Shown one piece after another: positions 40,261-51,708 of a stretch of 64,000 nucleotides of DNA. The notes beneath the pieces were generated by a model, which did no database searches, was not told the origin of the DNA, and saw only the letters and a program-made list of their open reading frames with translations. A program made the translations under genes and the position numbers. The stretch comes from Eledone cirrhosa (lineage: Eukaryota): positions 150,970,001 through 151,034,000 of the forward strand of contig OZ024743.1 of assembly GCA_964016885.1 (NCBI GenBank), written 5' to 3'. Numbering within the stretch: the stretch's first letter is position 1; every line of letters begins with the position of its first letter.

Positions 40261-43200
40261 ATCATCATCATCATCATCATCATCAGGTTTAGCGTCCGTG
40301 TTCCACGCTTGCATGGGTTTGGACGGGGGTTTTCCCACTTGAGGCAAGAGTGGTTGTCTTGCTCGCATAGGACTGTCTGGCGGGTTTTCTACAGTTGGAT
40401 GCCCTTCCTAACACCAACCACATTTACAGTGTGGGGCTGGGAGGTTTTTACCGTGTTGCCTACACGGCCACATTACAGCGTGGACTGTCTGGCGGGTTTT
40501 CTACAGCTGGATGCCCTTCCTAACACCAACCACATTTACAGTGTGGGGCTGGGAGGTTTTTACCGTGTTGCCTACACGGCCACATTTACAGCGTGGACTG
40601 TGTGTTTTTTGTCGTGACACCTACACGATCTCATTTGTTTCGGCCTGGATGTTGTGGGACCAACATAACTTTACATTGAAAGGGGCGGTGTGGGTGGGGT
40701 GGAGGTGGTGGGACGGGGGTGTGTTTTGATAGAGGTGCCTACTGACTGTAGTAGGTTTTTACTTTGTATTTAGGTAAGGCGGGTCTTCTCTATTACTGAG
40801 TACCGCCAAAGGTCTCGGTCCAGTGACATTGTCTTGGAGAGGTGTAAGCGTGTGAGGTCGGAATTTATCAGCTCGTCCCATGTTTTTCTGGGTCTGCCTA
40901 CTCCGTGGCTACCGTCTATCTTTATTGCCCTGCACTTTGTTATACAGCTGTCGTCTTTCATGCGCATCACGTGACCGTACCAACGTAGCCTTCTCTCGAG
41001 TAAACAACATCTGATCCCTCTTATTTCTAATTTTTTCCTTAGTTCGTTTATGCTTTGCCGTTCACGTATATTACTATTGCACATCCAGCGGAGCATGCAA
41101 GCTTCGTTCCTCTCTAGTCTGCGTATATCCTCTGCACACAATGCCCAGGTCTCACTGCCATGCAGCATTGCTGTTCGTATGCAGGCATCGTATAACCTGC
41201 CTTTCATTTTTAGGGAGAACCCTCTAGCGGCTAATAGTGGTATAAGCTCTCTGAACTTTTTCCATCCAGTTCTGACTCTAGCTACTGTACTTTCAGAGCA
41301 CCCTCCCCCACTGCTGATTTTGTCACCCAGATAACGGAAGCTGTCCACTATTTCTATAGAACCCTCTGCGCAGTTGAAGGAGCTAGTATTTTGTGGGCAC
41401 TTGCTGCTACTTATTGCACCAGAGCACCGGCCACATGTAAAATCTATGTTCTTAGTTAGCTTACCTGTGATCCCACTACATCTTTTATGCACCCATACTT
41501 TGCATTTGGGACATAAAATGGAGTTTCTACCTACGCCTTTCCTACACACTGAGCATGGCCATTTCCCCGATGGGACCGCCGCCTTATTTTCTTTCCTACA
41601 AACTAGAACTTTAGTCTTAGCCAGGTTAATTTTAAGGCCTTTTGATTCTAGGCCGTGCTTCCACGTTTGGAATTTCTTCTCTAGTTCGGTCATTGATTCA
41701 GCTATGAGCGTTAGATCATCTGCGTATAGGAGTTCCCATGGGCAGCCGGTCTTGAACTCCTCTGTTATAGCCTGAAGGGCAATAATAAATAGTAGGGGGC
41801 TAAGTACAGAGCCCTGATGGACACCAACTTTTACGCTAAACTCTTCACTATATTCGTTGTTAATTCTAACCTTACTGACTGTTTCTTTATACATGGCTTG
41901 TATAGCTCTCACAAGCCATTCGTCAACACCTAGTTTTCTAAGAGACCACCAGATAATGGAACGGGGGACTCTGTCGAAGGCTTTCTCCAAGTCGACAAAA
42001 GCTAAGTATAGGGGTTTACTTTTAGCTAGGTACTTCTCCTGTAGTTGTCGTACAATGAAAAGAGCGTCTGTGGTACTTTTGCCTGACACAAACCCGAACT
42101 GCATTTCATCTAGATCAATTCTCTCTCTGATTAGTTGCACTATTACTTTTTCCGTGACCTTCATGACCTGGTCGATTAATTTAATGCCTCTATAGTTACT
42201 CCTATCTAGGGCATCTCCTTTTCCCTTATAGCAGTTAACGATGATGCTGCTACGCCATTCCTTCGGAACAACCCCATTCTGTACGACTTGGTTAACTATC
42301 CGGGTGACCATGGTGTGTCCCACCGAACCAGATGCCTTCAGCATCTCAGCAACTATTTCCGAAGGCCCAGCCGCCTTACCCGTCTTCATATCTTTGATTG
42401 CCTTACTTATTATACTACCTTCAACTAACACTGCTGGTCCCTCTATTGGATCGATCTGGGGGAGACTGTCTTTCTCCCATTTGTTCTCCTCATTTAGAAG
42501 CCTTTCGTAGTGACACTTCCAAGCTACCTTCTTATCAGCGTCGGTGATGGCAAGTATGCCATCATCGTTAAGTACACACTTCTCCCCGACAATATCACGG
42601 TTTTCCTTGACACATTGCCTGGCAATCCTGAACACCTCACGTTTTTGGTCCTCACGTTGTAGAACATGCTTGAACTTTCTTTCCTCTGCTTCCCTTCTTG
42701 CGAAGTACACTTGTCTCCTAGCTTCCCTCCTGGCCACTTGATAGTCTTCTCTACTTCCCCCATCCCGCCATACTTTCCAAGCCTGCTTTTTGGCCTTAAT
42801 TGACTCCTCCACCTTACTGTTCCACCACCATGTTACTCTCCTCCTACCTACAGGCCTGCTCCAGCCACAGACTTCGTCTGCCGCCGTCAGCAGGTTTGCT
42901 CTCAGGAATTCCCACTGTTCCTCTATATTATACGACTCTAATTGCTCTTCCTTACTGTCGAAAGCGTCAAGTAATTTGCTTTGAAATTTATTTCTGGCTA
43001 TGGGGTCCTTTAGCTTCCATATTTTTCTCCTGAGGATAGTCCTCCTTCGCTGTCTAGTACGTCTCGTCCTGACTATGAGGTCGCTAATTATCAGTCTATG
43101 TTGGGAGGTGAATTCTTCATGGGGGTGGGATTTAGTGTTAACAACAGACACTCTGTCACGTCTTCTGGTAAGGATATAATCTACCTGGCTTGTGTGTTCC

Positions 43201-43784
43201 CCCGATCTATAGGTGATCAAGTGATTGTCTCGTTTTTTGAAGTTAGTGTTACAGATAGTTAAGTTATTTGCGTCGCAGAATTCCAGGATTCTGGAGCCTT
43301 CCTCATTTCTAGTACCGAACCCATAGCCTCCATGGATTCCATCATAGCCGTCACAATGTTGTCCAACGTGACCATTTAGGTCGCCTGCAATAACTATATA
43401 GTCACTGTCGGTTATTTGGGAGGTAGCGAGCATCAGTGTCTCGTAGAATCTGTCTTTTATAGCGCGGGGCTGTCCGGATTGGGGTGCGTACGCAGATATT
43501 ACTGTCACCGTAGTTTTATTGAGGACAAGTCTTATTTTAATTATTCTGTCGTTCACTCTATTTACGTCTATTATCTTATCTGCCCACTTTTCTGCTACCA
43601 TGATTCCTACCCCACCCAACCCATTGTCATTTCCCACACAGAAAAGCTTATAGCATCGCTCTTTACCCACGATGAATCTAGCCGACCCTCCCCTCCACCT
43701 GGTCTCTTGAATACAACAAACATCGACCTCCTTACGTTCAAGCATTTCTACAACCTCGTTAGAGCGACCCTTTAAGGTGCCTAC
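40261..43784 (-). mobile_element. Near-full-length young RTE LINE, truncated inside endonuclease motif I
   Basis: (CAT)n at 40261-40283 and a 3'UTR with duplicated unit. The reading frame is open to 43784 (VGTLKGRSNEVVEM) and homology stops there. Confidence 0.95.
40770..43745 (-). CDS. RTE ORF: APE endonuclease, reverse transcriptase and internal PHD-like finger (991 aa, uninterrupted)
   Basis: EN motifs IQETRW, SAYAPQ, GDLNGH, QVDYIL, SQHRL. RT motifs NYRGIKL, QFGF, FVDLEKAFD, HQGSVLSP, YADD, FRYLG. C-terminal RRLRWYGHVMR and GRPRKTW. Confidence 0.95.
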   Translation of the reverse strand: MLERKEVDVCCIQETRWRGGSARFIVGKERCYKLFCVGNDNGLGGVGIMVAEKWADKIIDVNRVNDRIIKIRLVLNKTTVTVISAYAPQSGQPRAIKDRFYETLMLATSQITDSDYIVIAGDLNGHVGQHCDGYDGIHGGYGFGTRNEEGSRILEFCDANNLTICNTNFKKRDNHLITYRSGEHTSQVDYILTRRRDRVSVVNTKSHPHEEFTSQHRLIISDLIVRTRRTRQRRRTILRRKIWKLKDPIARNKFQSKLLDAFDSKEEQLESYNIEEQWEFLRANLLTAADEVCGWSRPVGRRRVTWWWNSKVEESIKAKKQAWKVWRDGGSREDYQVARREARRQVYFARREAEERKFKHVLQREDQKREVFRIARQCVKENRDIVGEKCVLNDDGILAITDADKKVAWKCHYERLLNEENKWEKDSLPQIDPIEGPAVLVEGSIISKAIKDMKTGKAAGPSEIVAEMLKASGSVGHTMVTRIVNQVVQNGVVPKEWRSSIIVNCYKGKGDALDRSNYRGIKLIDQVMKVTEKVIVQLIRERIDLDEMQFGFVSGKSTTDALFIVRQLQEKYLAKSKPLYLAFVDLEKAFDRVPRSIIWWSLRKLGVDEWLVRAIQAMYKETVSKVRINNEYSEEFSVKVGVHQGSVLSPLLFIIALQAITEEFKTGCPWELLYADDLTLIAESMTELEKKFQTWKHGLESKGLKINLAKTKVLVCRKENKAAVPSGKWPCSVCRKGVGRNSILCPKCKVWVHKRCSGITGKLTKNIDFTCGRCSGAISSSKCPQNTSSFNCAEGSIEIVDSFRYLGDKISSGGGCSESTVARVRTGWKKFRELIPLLAARGFSLKMKGRLYDACIRTAMLHGSETWALCAEDIRRLERNEACMLRWMCNSNIRERQSINELRKKLEIRGIRCCLLERRLRWYGHVMRMKDDSCITKCRAIKIDGSHGVGRPRKTWDELINSDLTRLHLSKTMSLDRDLWRYSVIEKTRLT

Positions 43785-44558
43785 TGAAGTAAGTTATATT
43801 AGTAATTTAGAGAATATAAAGTATAAATTTACCAATTCAGTGTAAGCAATTAGCAGTATGAATTTACTAATCCAGCCATAGTTGAAGCAAAACAGGAATA
43901 TGTCTAGATAAAAGAGCACTGGATACAGACAGTCTCAATTTCCTGTTTAAAAGATTTTCTTAAGAGAATAGATACACAAACGTGATAGTTTGGAACAACT
44001 ATCTATGACAAGGCCATACATGCATATTTGAGCATAAACACAAAATATCAGGTGCAGGAAACGATATAAACACAACAGTAATGTAAGTGGAGCATTCAAT
44101 ACACAAGCATACATTAATATTTCTGAAGTATACAGATATATACAAACTGTTCATATACACAAAACCCTTTTATTACAATATAAAAACGTGTTACACCACT
44201 GATATGGACATATAGATATTCCCATCTAAAAACAGAAGTGTATGATAGAAAGATATAAAGATAAAGATATATAGAATGCTTTCTTTACAGCAGATCCATA
44301 GTAGGGACACAATTAGTATCTTAGAGTGTGAAGATCATGCTAAGGATCCTAATAACGTACATACTGTATGATTTTATTAATAAATGTGGTTATTAATTTT
44401 GTTGAAAACTAAAAGTTTTGATTAAATACAAATATTTAAGTATGCTTACACTTAATTAAAAAAACTACAATTATGCATATAAACAATAAGCATCAACCCA
44501 CACATTCGTATCTAAATGTATATAAATAATCTACAATGAAGCATATATATATATATAT

Positions 44559-44752
44559 ATGGGAAAATGTTTGACCCCGACGGCAGAGCTCAAGCCGTTT
44601 CAATGGCTATTTCTGTCCAGAAATACCCGTCGAAACGGCTTGAGCTCTGCCGTTGGGGTTAAACATTTTCCTATTACCCACTCTACTACCCTAAGTATTG
44701 AGTACTCTGGTGCGTTATGGTCCATCTGGTTCCTTACGACACCTCTTTCATT
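44559..44752 (+). mobile_element. Hairpin-headed short repeat, probable PLE pseudo-LTR (copy 2)
   Basis: Palindrome 44559-44674 with a loop of about 2 nt, the same tail as 37808-37890, and (TA)n on both sides. Confidence 0.6.
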
Positions 44753-44924
44753 ATATATATATATATATATAGTATATATATAGTATATATACAGTATATT
44801 ATATATTTAAAATATAGAGGTGTGACACACGAGTTGTGATATATTAGTAAAAAGGAAAAGAAAATGCTGACAAATTTTTCCCAGTGAAAAATAGTTTAAT
44901 TAGGAATAAGTATAAATTAGTAAT

Positions 44925-45110
44925 TTTTTCTACTTTTGGCACAAGGCCACAATTACCCAGTGCATTACTGGTACTTTATTTTATCGACCCCGTAAGGATG
45001 AAAGGCAAAGTTAACTTCGGTGGGATTTGAACTCAGAATGGCAAGGACTGTAACTCTATGCGTCAAAGCATGTCGTCTGACCCTCTACCGATACTGCCAA
45101 TCCACCAAGT
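44925..45110 (-). mobile_element. tRNA-derived SINE
   Basis: Minus strand tggcagtatcggtaga..gagttcaaatcccaccgaagttaactttgcctttcatccttacggggtcgataaa. A partial twin lies at 11563-11645. Confidence 0.8.
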
Positions 45111-45233
45111 ATTAGTTAGTGTACAGTTTTAGTTTTAAGTTTTTATTGGTTGCACATTTCTAATGCTTTTCAAAAATAATTTTGAGATAGAGCGCTCATG
45201 ATTTTTGCTCTAATTAGAGTATATATATATATT

Positions 45234-45436
45234 GTGGCCGTGTAGGAAACATGGTAAAAACCTCCCAGTCCACACTGTAAACGTGGTTGGTGGTAGGAAG
45301 GGCATCCCGCCGTAGAAATCCCGCCAGCCAGTCCTAAGCAACACAACCAATCTTACCTCAAGTGGGACAATTCCCGTCCAGACCCATGCTAGCATGGAAA
45401 ATGGACGTTAAACGATGATGATGATGATGATGATGA
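45234..45436 (+). mobile_element. RTE 3'UTR-only insertion with (GAT)n tail
   Basis: Homologous to 55826-56027. Confidence 0.8.
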
Positions 45437-45500
45437 TATATATATATTAGTATATATATATAGTATATATATATAGTATATATATATATAGTATATATAT

Positions 45501-45760
45501 CATCATCATCATCATTTTTACGTCCGCTTTACCCTGCTTGCAAGGGTGAGACGGGAACTGATTCTGGCTCAATTTTTACAGCTGGATGCCCTGACACCAA
45601 CCTCATTTACAGTGAGTGCTGGGTGCTTTTTATCTGTGGCACCTACACGACCACTTTGCAGTGGAATGATAGGGACCCCAGTCCCTATCATCTCATTTCT
45701 ACAGCTGAGTAAACTGGAGCAATGTGAAATAAAGTGTCTTGCTCAAGGAAACAACACATC
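45501..45760 (-). mobile_element. SINE with RTE-derived tail, 5'-truncated
   Basis: Near copy of 46603-46900. Confidence 0.75.
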
Positions 45761-45770
45761 ACTATATATC

Positions 45771-45847
<77 letters not shown>

Positions 45848-46289
45848 GAAAGTATAGAAATTATTGTGAGCGTGAAACCAACAGTATTTCATAATATTTA
45901 AGTGACTATAACGTCAAAATGGAAAATAATTAACGTAAGATGTGGGAAAATAATTCAAACTCAATTAAAAAAAAATCAAGACATAGATTTATCCATAGAA
46001 TTTTGTGAAATCCAGGGAAAAATCAATAGGGCCTTAACTCTGAATAAAATAAAGTTTAAATACTCATCCTTCAATTTGGAAAAACTTCAATATATATACT
46101 ATATATATATATATATGATTTATAGTATATATATATACTATATAGCATATATATATATATACTATATAGTATATATATATATATACTATATAGTATATAT
46201 ATATACTATATAGTATATATATATATACTATATAGTATATATATATATATATGTATATATACTATATATATATATATATATATATATAC

Positions 46290-46586
46290 TTGAACCACCT
46301 AATAGAATATTAGTCTACGACATCATCTATACCATAAACGTGGTCTTTGCGTGTAATTGTTTTCACCGCACCAAATAATGATATATTATCTTCAGTTTTT
46401 TTCCGTTCTTTGCCAGGGAACGTTTCCACGAACCGAAGTATCGTCTTCCTGCCTTTCTTCAGTTGCAACGTTTTTTAAATATTTACTTCTGCGTTCACAG
46501 ATTGACTTTTTTAGTTTCAGAAGATCCCGTTAAGGATGAAAGCAACGATTCTTTGCTTAAACTTTAATCTGTTATTTTAATAAATA
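46290..46586 (+). mobile_element. Solo PLE 3'UTR/pseudo-LTR copy
   Basis: Aligns with about 49976-50275 and sits within (TA)n. Confidence 0.7.
46513..46563 (+). ncRNA. Variant-core hammerhead-like RNA motif
   Basis: Stem I AGTTT/AAACT, core CAGAAGA, stem II TCC/GGA plus an extra T, GAAA, stem III GCAA/TTGC, and TT at the cleavage position. Confidence 0.4.
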
Positions 46587-46602
46587 TATATATATATATA
46601 GT

Positions 46603-46972
46603 ATCATCATCATCATCATCATCATTTTATGTCCCTGCTTGCAAGGGTGGGACGGGAACTGATTCTGGCTTGATTTCTAGTTGGATGCCCTTCCTAACAG
46701 TGAGTGGTGGATGCTTTTTTTTCTGTGGCGCCTACACGTCCACTTTACAGTGTGGGCTGGATGGTTTTTTGCCGTGGCACCTCCACGACCACTTTGCAGT
46801 GGAATGATAGGGACTCCAGTCCCTATCATCTCATTTCTACAGCTGAGTAAACTGGAGCAATGTGAAATAAAGTATCTTGCTCAAGGACACAACACATCAC
46901 CTGGCCTGAGAATTGAACTCACAACCTTTCGATTGCAAGCCCAATGCTCTAACCACTAAGCCATGTGTCTCC
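46603..46972 (-). mobile_element. Full SINE: tRNA head, core and RTE-derived tail
   Basis: Minus-strand A box tggcttagtggttag, B box gagttcaattc, core ccttgagcaagatactttatttcac, RTE 3'UTR sequence and (GAT)n. Confidence 0.85.
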
Positions 46973-47012
46973 ATATATATATATATATATATGTTCTCCA
47001 TATATATATATA

Positions 47013-48097
47013 TGTTCCTCAGCCCGCTCTTGTTCATTATAGTCCTCCAAGCCATAACAGAGGAGTTTAAGACTGGCTGTCCATGGGAACTTCTCTATGC
47101 TGACGATCTGGTTCTTATAGCAGAATCAGTAGAGGAGCTAGAGAATAAATTCTGGCTATGGAAACAGCAGTTGGAAGCAAGAGGACTGAGAGTGAATCTA
47201 GCTAAGACAAAAGTTTGATGAGTAGAAAAGAGGACAAAACCCTGATTCCGTCAGGGAAATGGCCATGTTCGATATGCAGAAAAGGGACTGGCATAAATTC
47301 TATAAAATGCACACAATGCAGATCCTGGGTACACAAGAGATGTAGCGGGATAGCAGGCAAACTAACAGGTAGGGAGAAATATGTATGCAGTAGATGAACA
47401 GGGAAATTAGACAGTAGAAGTCGCATTGATAGACACGTTTTTCAAATGCAGGAGGGCGCTATAGAAGTGGTGGATAGCTTCCGGTACCTAGGAGATCAGA
47501 TTAGCATGGGAGGAGGGTGTTCCGAGGCCATAGTATCTAGAATAAGGACGGGTTGGAAGAAGTTTAGAGAGCTGCTTCCTCTGCTGACGAAGAAGGGTTT
47601 CTCCCTGCATACGAAAGGCCGGTTGTATGATGCCTGTGTGAGGAGCGCGATGCTGCATGGTAGTGAGACATGGGCAGTAACTGCAGAGGACATGCGACGG
47701 CTAGAGAGAAATGAGGCTAGCATGCTCTGTTGGATGTGCAGTGTAAATGTGCGTGAACGACCCAGCTTAAATGTGTTGAGAGAGAAACTGTCTGAGAGGG
47801 ATAGAATGTAGTGTACGGGAGAGGAGACTGAGGTGGTATGGACATGTGATGCACATGGAAGATGACCGATGGGTGAAGAAGTGCCAGGAATTGCCAGTTG
47901 AAGGAAGACGTGGTAGAGGTAGACCACGAAAAACATGGGCGGAGGTGGTGAGAACAGACCTCAGATCATTGAAGCTCACGGTGGAGATGACGAGGGACCG
48001 TGACGAGTGGAGAGATGCTGTGCTGAATAAGACCTGTCCCACCCTTGCAAGCAGGGAAAAGCGGACGTGAAATGATGATGATGATGATGATGATGAT
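47013..48097 (+). mobile_element. RTE LINE (another PHD-bearing subfamily), 5'-truncated, frameshifted
   Basis: LSPLLFII..YADD..WPCSICRK..WVHKRC..GRPRKTW, a very short 3'UTR and a (GAT)n tail. Confidence 0.92.
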
Positions 48098-48098
48098 A

Positions 48099-48142
<44 letters not shown>

Positions 48143-48235
48143 TATATATATATATATTCTATATAGTATATATATATATATTCTATATAGTATATATATA
48201 TATATTCTATATAGTATATATATATATTCTATATA

Positions 48236-48298
<63 letters not shown>

Positions 48299-48412
48299 TC
48301 CAGTTCCTCAGTGAAATAACAAACAACCCAACCAGGAACTGGGCATATCAGAGTATTGACAATATTATACACCTCAACAACATATGTACTTGTCTATACC
48401 ATACTAATTCAA

Positions 48413-48467
48413 ACTGCCTGAAGAGGTCACAGCCAAAGATGGCTGTCACTGAAATATATATAGCAGT
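48413..48467 (+). ncRNA. Minimal type I hammerhead ribozyme
   Basis: Stem I ACTGC/GCAGT, CTGAAGA, stem II GGTCACAGCC/GGCTGTCACT, GAAA, palindromic stem III TATATA, cleavage after TA at 48462. Confidence 0.8.
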
Positions 48468-48614
48468 AATAAACAAAGCTAAATTTTAATCATTTGACTT
48501 TTTATTTAACTTTATTTTACACTACTCCGGAGTAACCAAACCAACCTGCGCACTTCGTCGAGTGCTCCAGCCTGCATACTGAGGTTTTGGTATACAACCA
48601 ACATAAACTCAAAA

Positions 48615-48660
<46 letters not shown>

Positions 48661-49040
48661 CACGTACATACATATATGTATACAGACGTACAGTAGTATG
48701 TATATATATATACATACATGCACATATATATATGTACATATGGATTCACCGAACATTTATTATAATGCTCGGTGTGTTTGTAAAGAAACATTCCATATTA
48801 AGCCGTAGTGTCCAGCAACCATCGTTGCTCGTTTGTTCAACACTGCCAAAGGAACGCTGTACTAGTTTCAAGCTTATTAGCTATCGTCAGGAACGTATAC
48901 CTTCCTGCCTGTTGAACGTATATACTTACCTTATGCATATTAACGGCTGAGTAGCCCAATTTGCATATCGAGTGGGTTAATCGGCCGGGTGCACCGAAAA
49001 CGATAAACGGAAAAAATGAAACGAAATTTCATTTCCCACT

Positions 49041-50360
49041 CTTAGTGACAACCACACCCAATATAAGTTACACTGGGAGATCCTAGCTAGGGCTAGATCG
49101 TATAACGGAAATAAAAGACCATGTGACCTCTGCGCCGCTGAGGCCCTGGAAATACTCTATGCCACAGACCACATCTTAAACAAAAAATCTGAGGCAATTT
49201 CGGCTTGTAAACATAAATTGCACAAAACTTTCCTGTATTACAGCCCCACGTTATTCCCTAACGGATAGTACGATCTATACGTGGATATTTTACGTCTTGA
49301 TGTGGGAGCTAAGTATATGTTTTGTTTATTCCTTTACTTATTTACATAGGTAAGTATATACTACCCGTATGTTTTGTGAAGGTATGTATACCTTCTCGTA
49401 CGTATATTTGATTGTTTTGGTGTATAATTTTATATATTCTGGTACATAGGGTTTGGCTATGTGTATACGGGAGTTTTTGTGTCTGTGTGAGTATGCAGGT
49501 TCGTACGTATGGTGGGTGTGTGTATATGTGTACTTCTTGTTTTAGTTGACTTACGTCTCCGAACATTCGTGTATTTATATGTATTTATGTGTGTGCGCTT
49601 GTTATATACGTATTTATTTATTTATTTATATACGTTTATATAATTATTTATTTATTTGTATACACGCATATACACACACACATATTTATATGTGCGTGGT
49701 TTTGTATACCTATGGTAAGGTTTTGCGTATGCTTGTGTATGTACGTATTTGTTTGCGTGTATGTATTTATTTATTTCTATTACTTCTGTATTGTATTTAT
49801 TTACTTTGTTCTTAACTCTGTAGCGGAGATTCATTTGGTCTCCTAGTTAGAATTTTAGTCTACGACTTCTGCTATACCATTTACGTGGTTTTGTCTTTGC
49901 ATGCTATTGTTCTCCACGCTCCACATATGACGTATTATCTTCGTTTTTTCGTTCATTGCCAGAGAACGTCTCTATGCACCACCTAAGAGAACATTAGTCT
50001 ACGATCTCTTTTATACCATAAACGTGGTTCTATCTTTGCGCGTAATTGTTTTTCACCGCTCCTATTAATGACGTAGTATTCGTTTTTTCCCGTTCTTCAC
50101 CAGCGAACGTTTCCACGAACCAAAGTATCGTCTTCCTGTCTTCCTCCGGTTGCAACGTTTTTTGAAATATCCAGTTCTGCGTTTACAGATTGACATTGTT
50201 AGTTTCAGAAGATCCCGTTAAGGGTGAAAGCAGCGATTCTTTGCTTAAAATTTAATCTGTTATTTTAATAAATATTTGCTCTACGGTTCTTATATATTTG
50301 ATATATATTTATCCTTATCGAGCCCTCTTTGGATTTTAGTCTTCTAATTTATTATTATTA
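49041..50360 (+). mobile_element. Penelope-like element 3' end: endonuclease C-terminus (49041-49268) and long 3'UTR/pLTR
   Basis: A start-less frame missed by the ORF track reads LSDNHTQYKLHWEILARARSYNGNKRPCDLCAAEALEILYATDHILNKKSEAISACKHK*. The W..L..A..Y..CxLC..E..LNK.SE..CxH signature fits a PLE GIY-YIG C-terminus. Confidence 0.75.
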
Positions 50361-50361
50361 C

Positions 50362-50410
50362 TATAGTATATATATATATATATATATATATAGTATATAT
50401 ATATATATAG

Positions 50411-50441
<31 letters not shown>

Positions 50442-50680
50442 TATATATATATATATATATATAGTATATATATAGTATATATATATAGTATATATATATA
50501 TATAGTATATATATATATATATATATATAGTATATATATAGTATATATATATAGTATATATATATATATAGTATATATATATATATATATATATAGTATA
50601 TATATAGTATATATATATAGTATATATATATATATAGTATATATATATATATATATAGTATATATATATATATATATATA

Positions 50681-50722
<42 letters not shown>

Positions 50723-50859
50723 TATATATATATATATATATAGTATATATATATATATATATATATAGTATATATATATATATATATATAGTATATATAT
50801 ATATATATATATAGTATATATATATATATATATATAGTATATATATATATATATATATA

Positions 50860-50901
<42 letters not shown>

Positions 50902-51011
50902 TATATATATATAGTAGATATATATATATATATATATAGTAGATATATATATATATATATATAGTATATATATATATATATATATATATAGTATATATAT
51001 ATATATATATA

Positions 51012-51057
<46 letters not shown>

Positions 51058-51088
51058 TATATATATATATAGTATATATATATATATA

Positions 51089-51128
<40 letters not shown>

Positions 51129-51176
51129 TATATATATATATATACTATATATATATATATACTATATAGTATATAG

Positions 51177-51242
<66 letters not shown>

Positions 51243-51263
51243 TATATATATATATATATATAG

Positions 51264-51294
<31 letters not shown>

Positions 51295-51477
51295 TATATA
51301 TATATATATAGTATATATATATATATATATATATAGTATATATATATATATATATAGTATATATATATATATATATAGTATATATATATATATATATAGT
51401 ATATATATATATATATATATATATAGTATATATATATATATATATATATATAGTATATATATATATATATATATATA

Positions 51478-51571
<94 letters not shown>

Positions 51572-51650
51572 TATATATATATATATATATATATAGTATA
51601 TATATATATATATAGTATATATATATATATATATAGTATATATATATATA

Positions 51651-51707
<57 letters not shown>
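50362..51707. repeat. (TA)n array with periodic G interruptions
   Basis: Seen directly. Confidence 0.98.

Positions 51708-51708
<1 letters not shown>

Noticed and set aside
41050-42984. Recurrent antisense ORFs over the RTE
   Set aside because: Shadows of the sense ORF; they recur only because the copies are near-identical.
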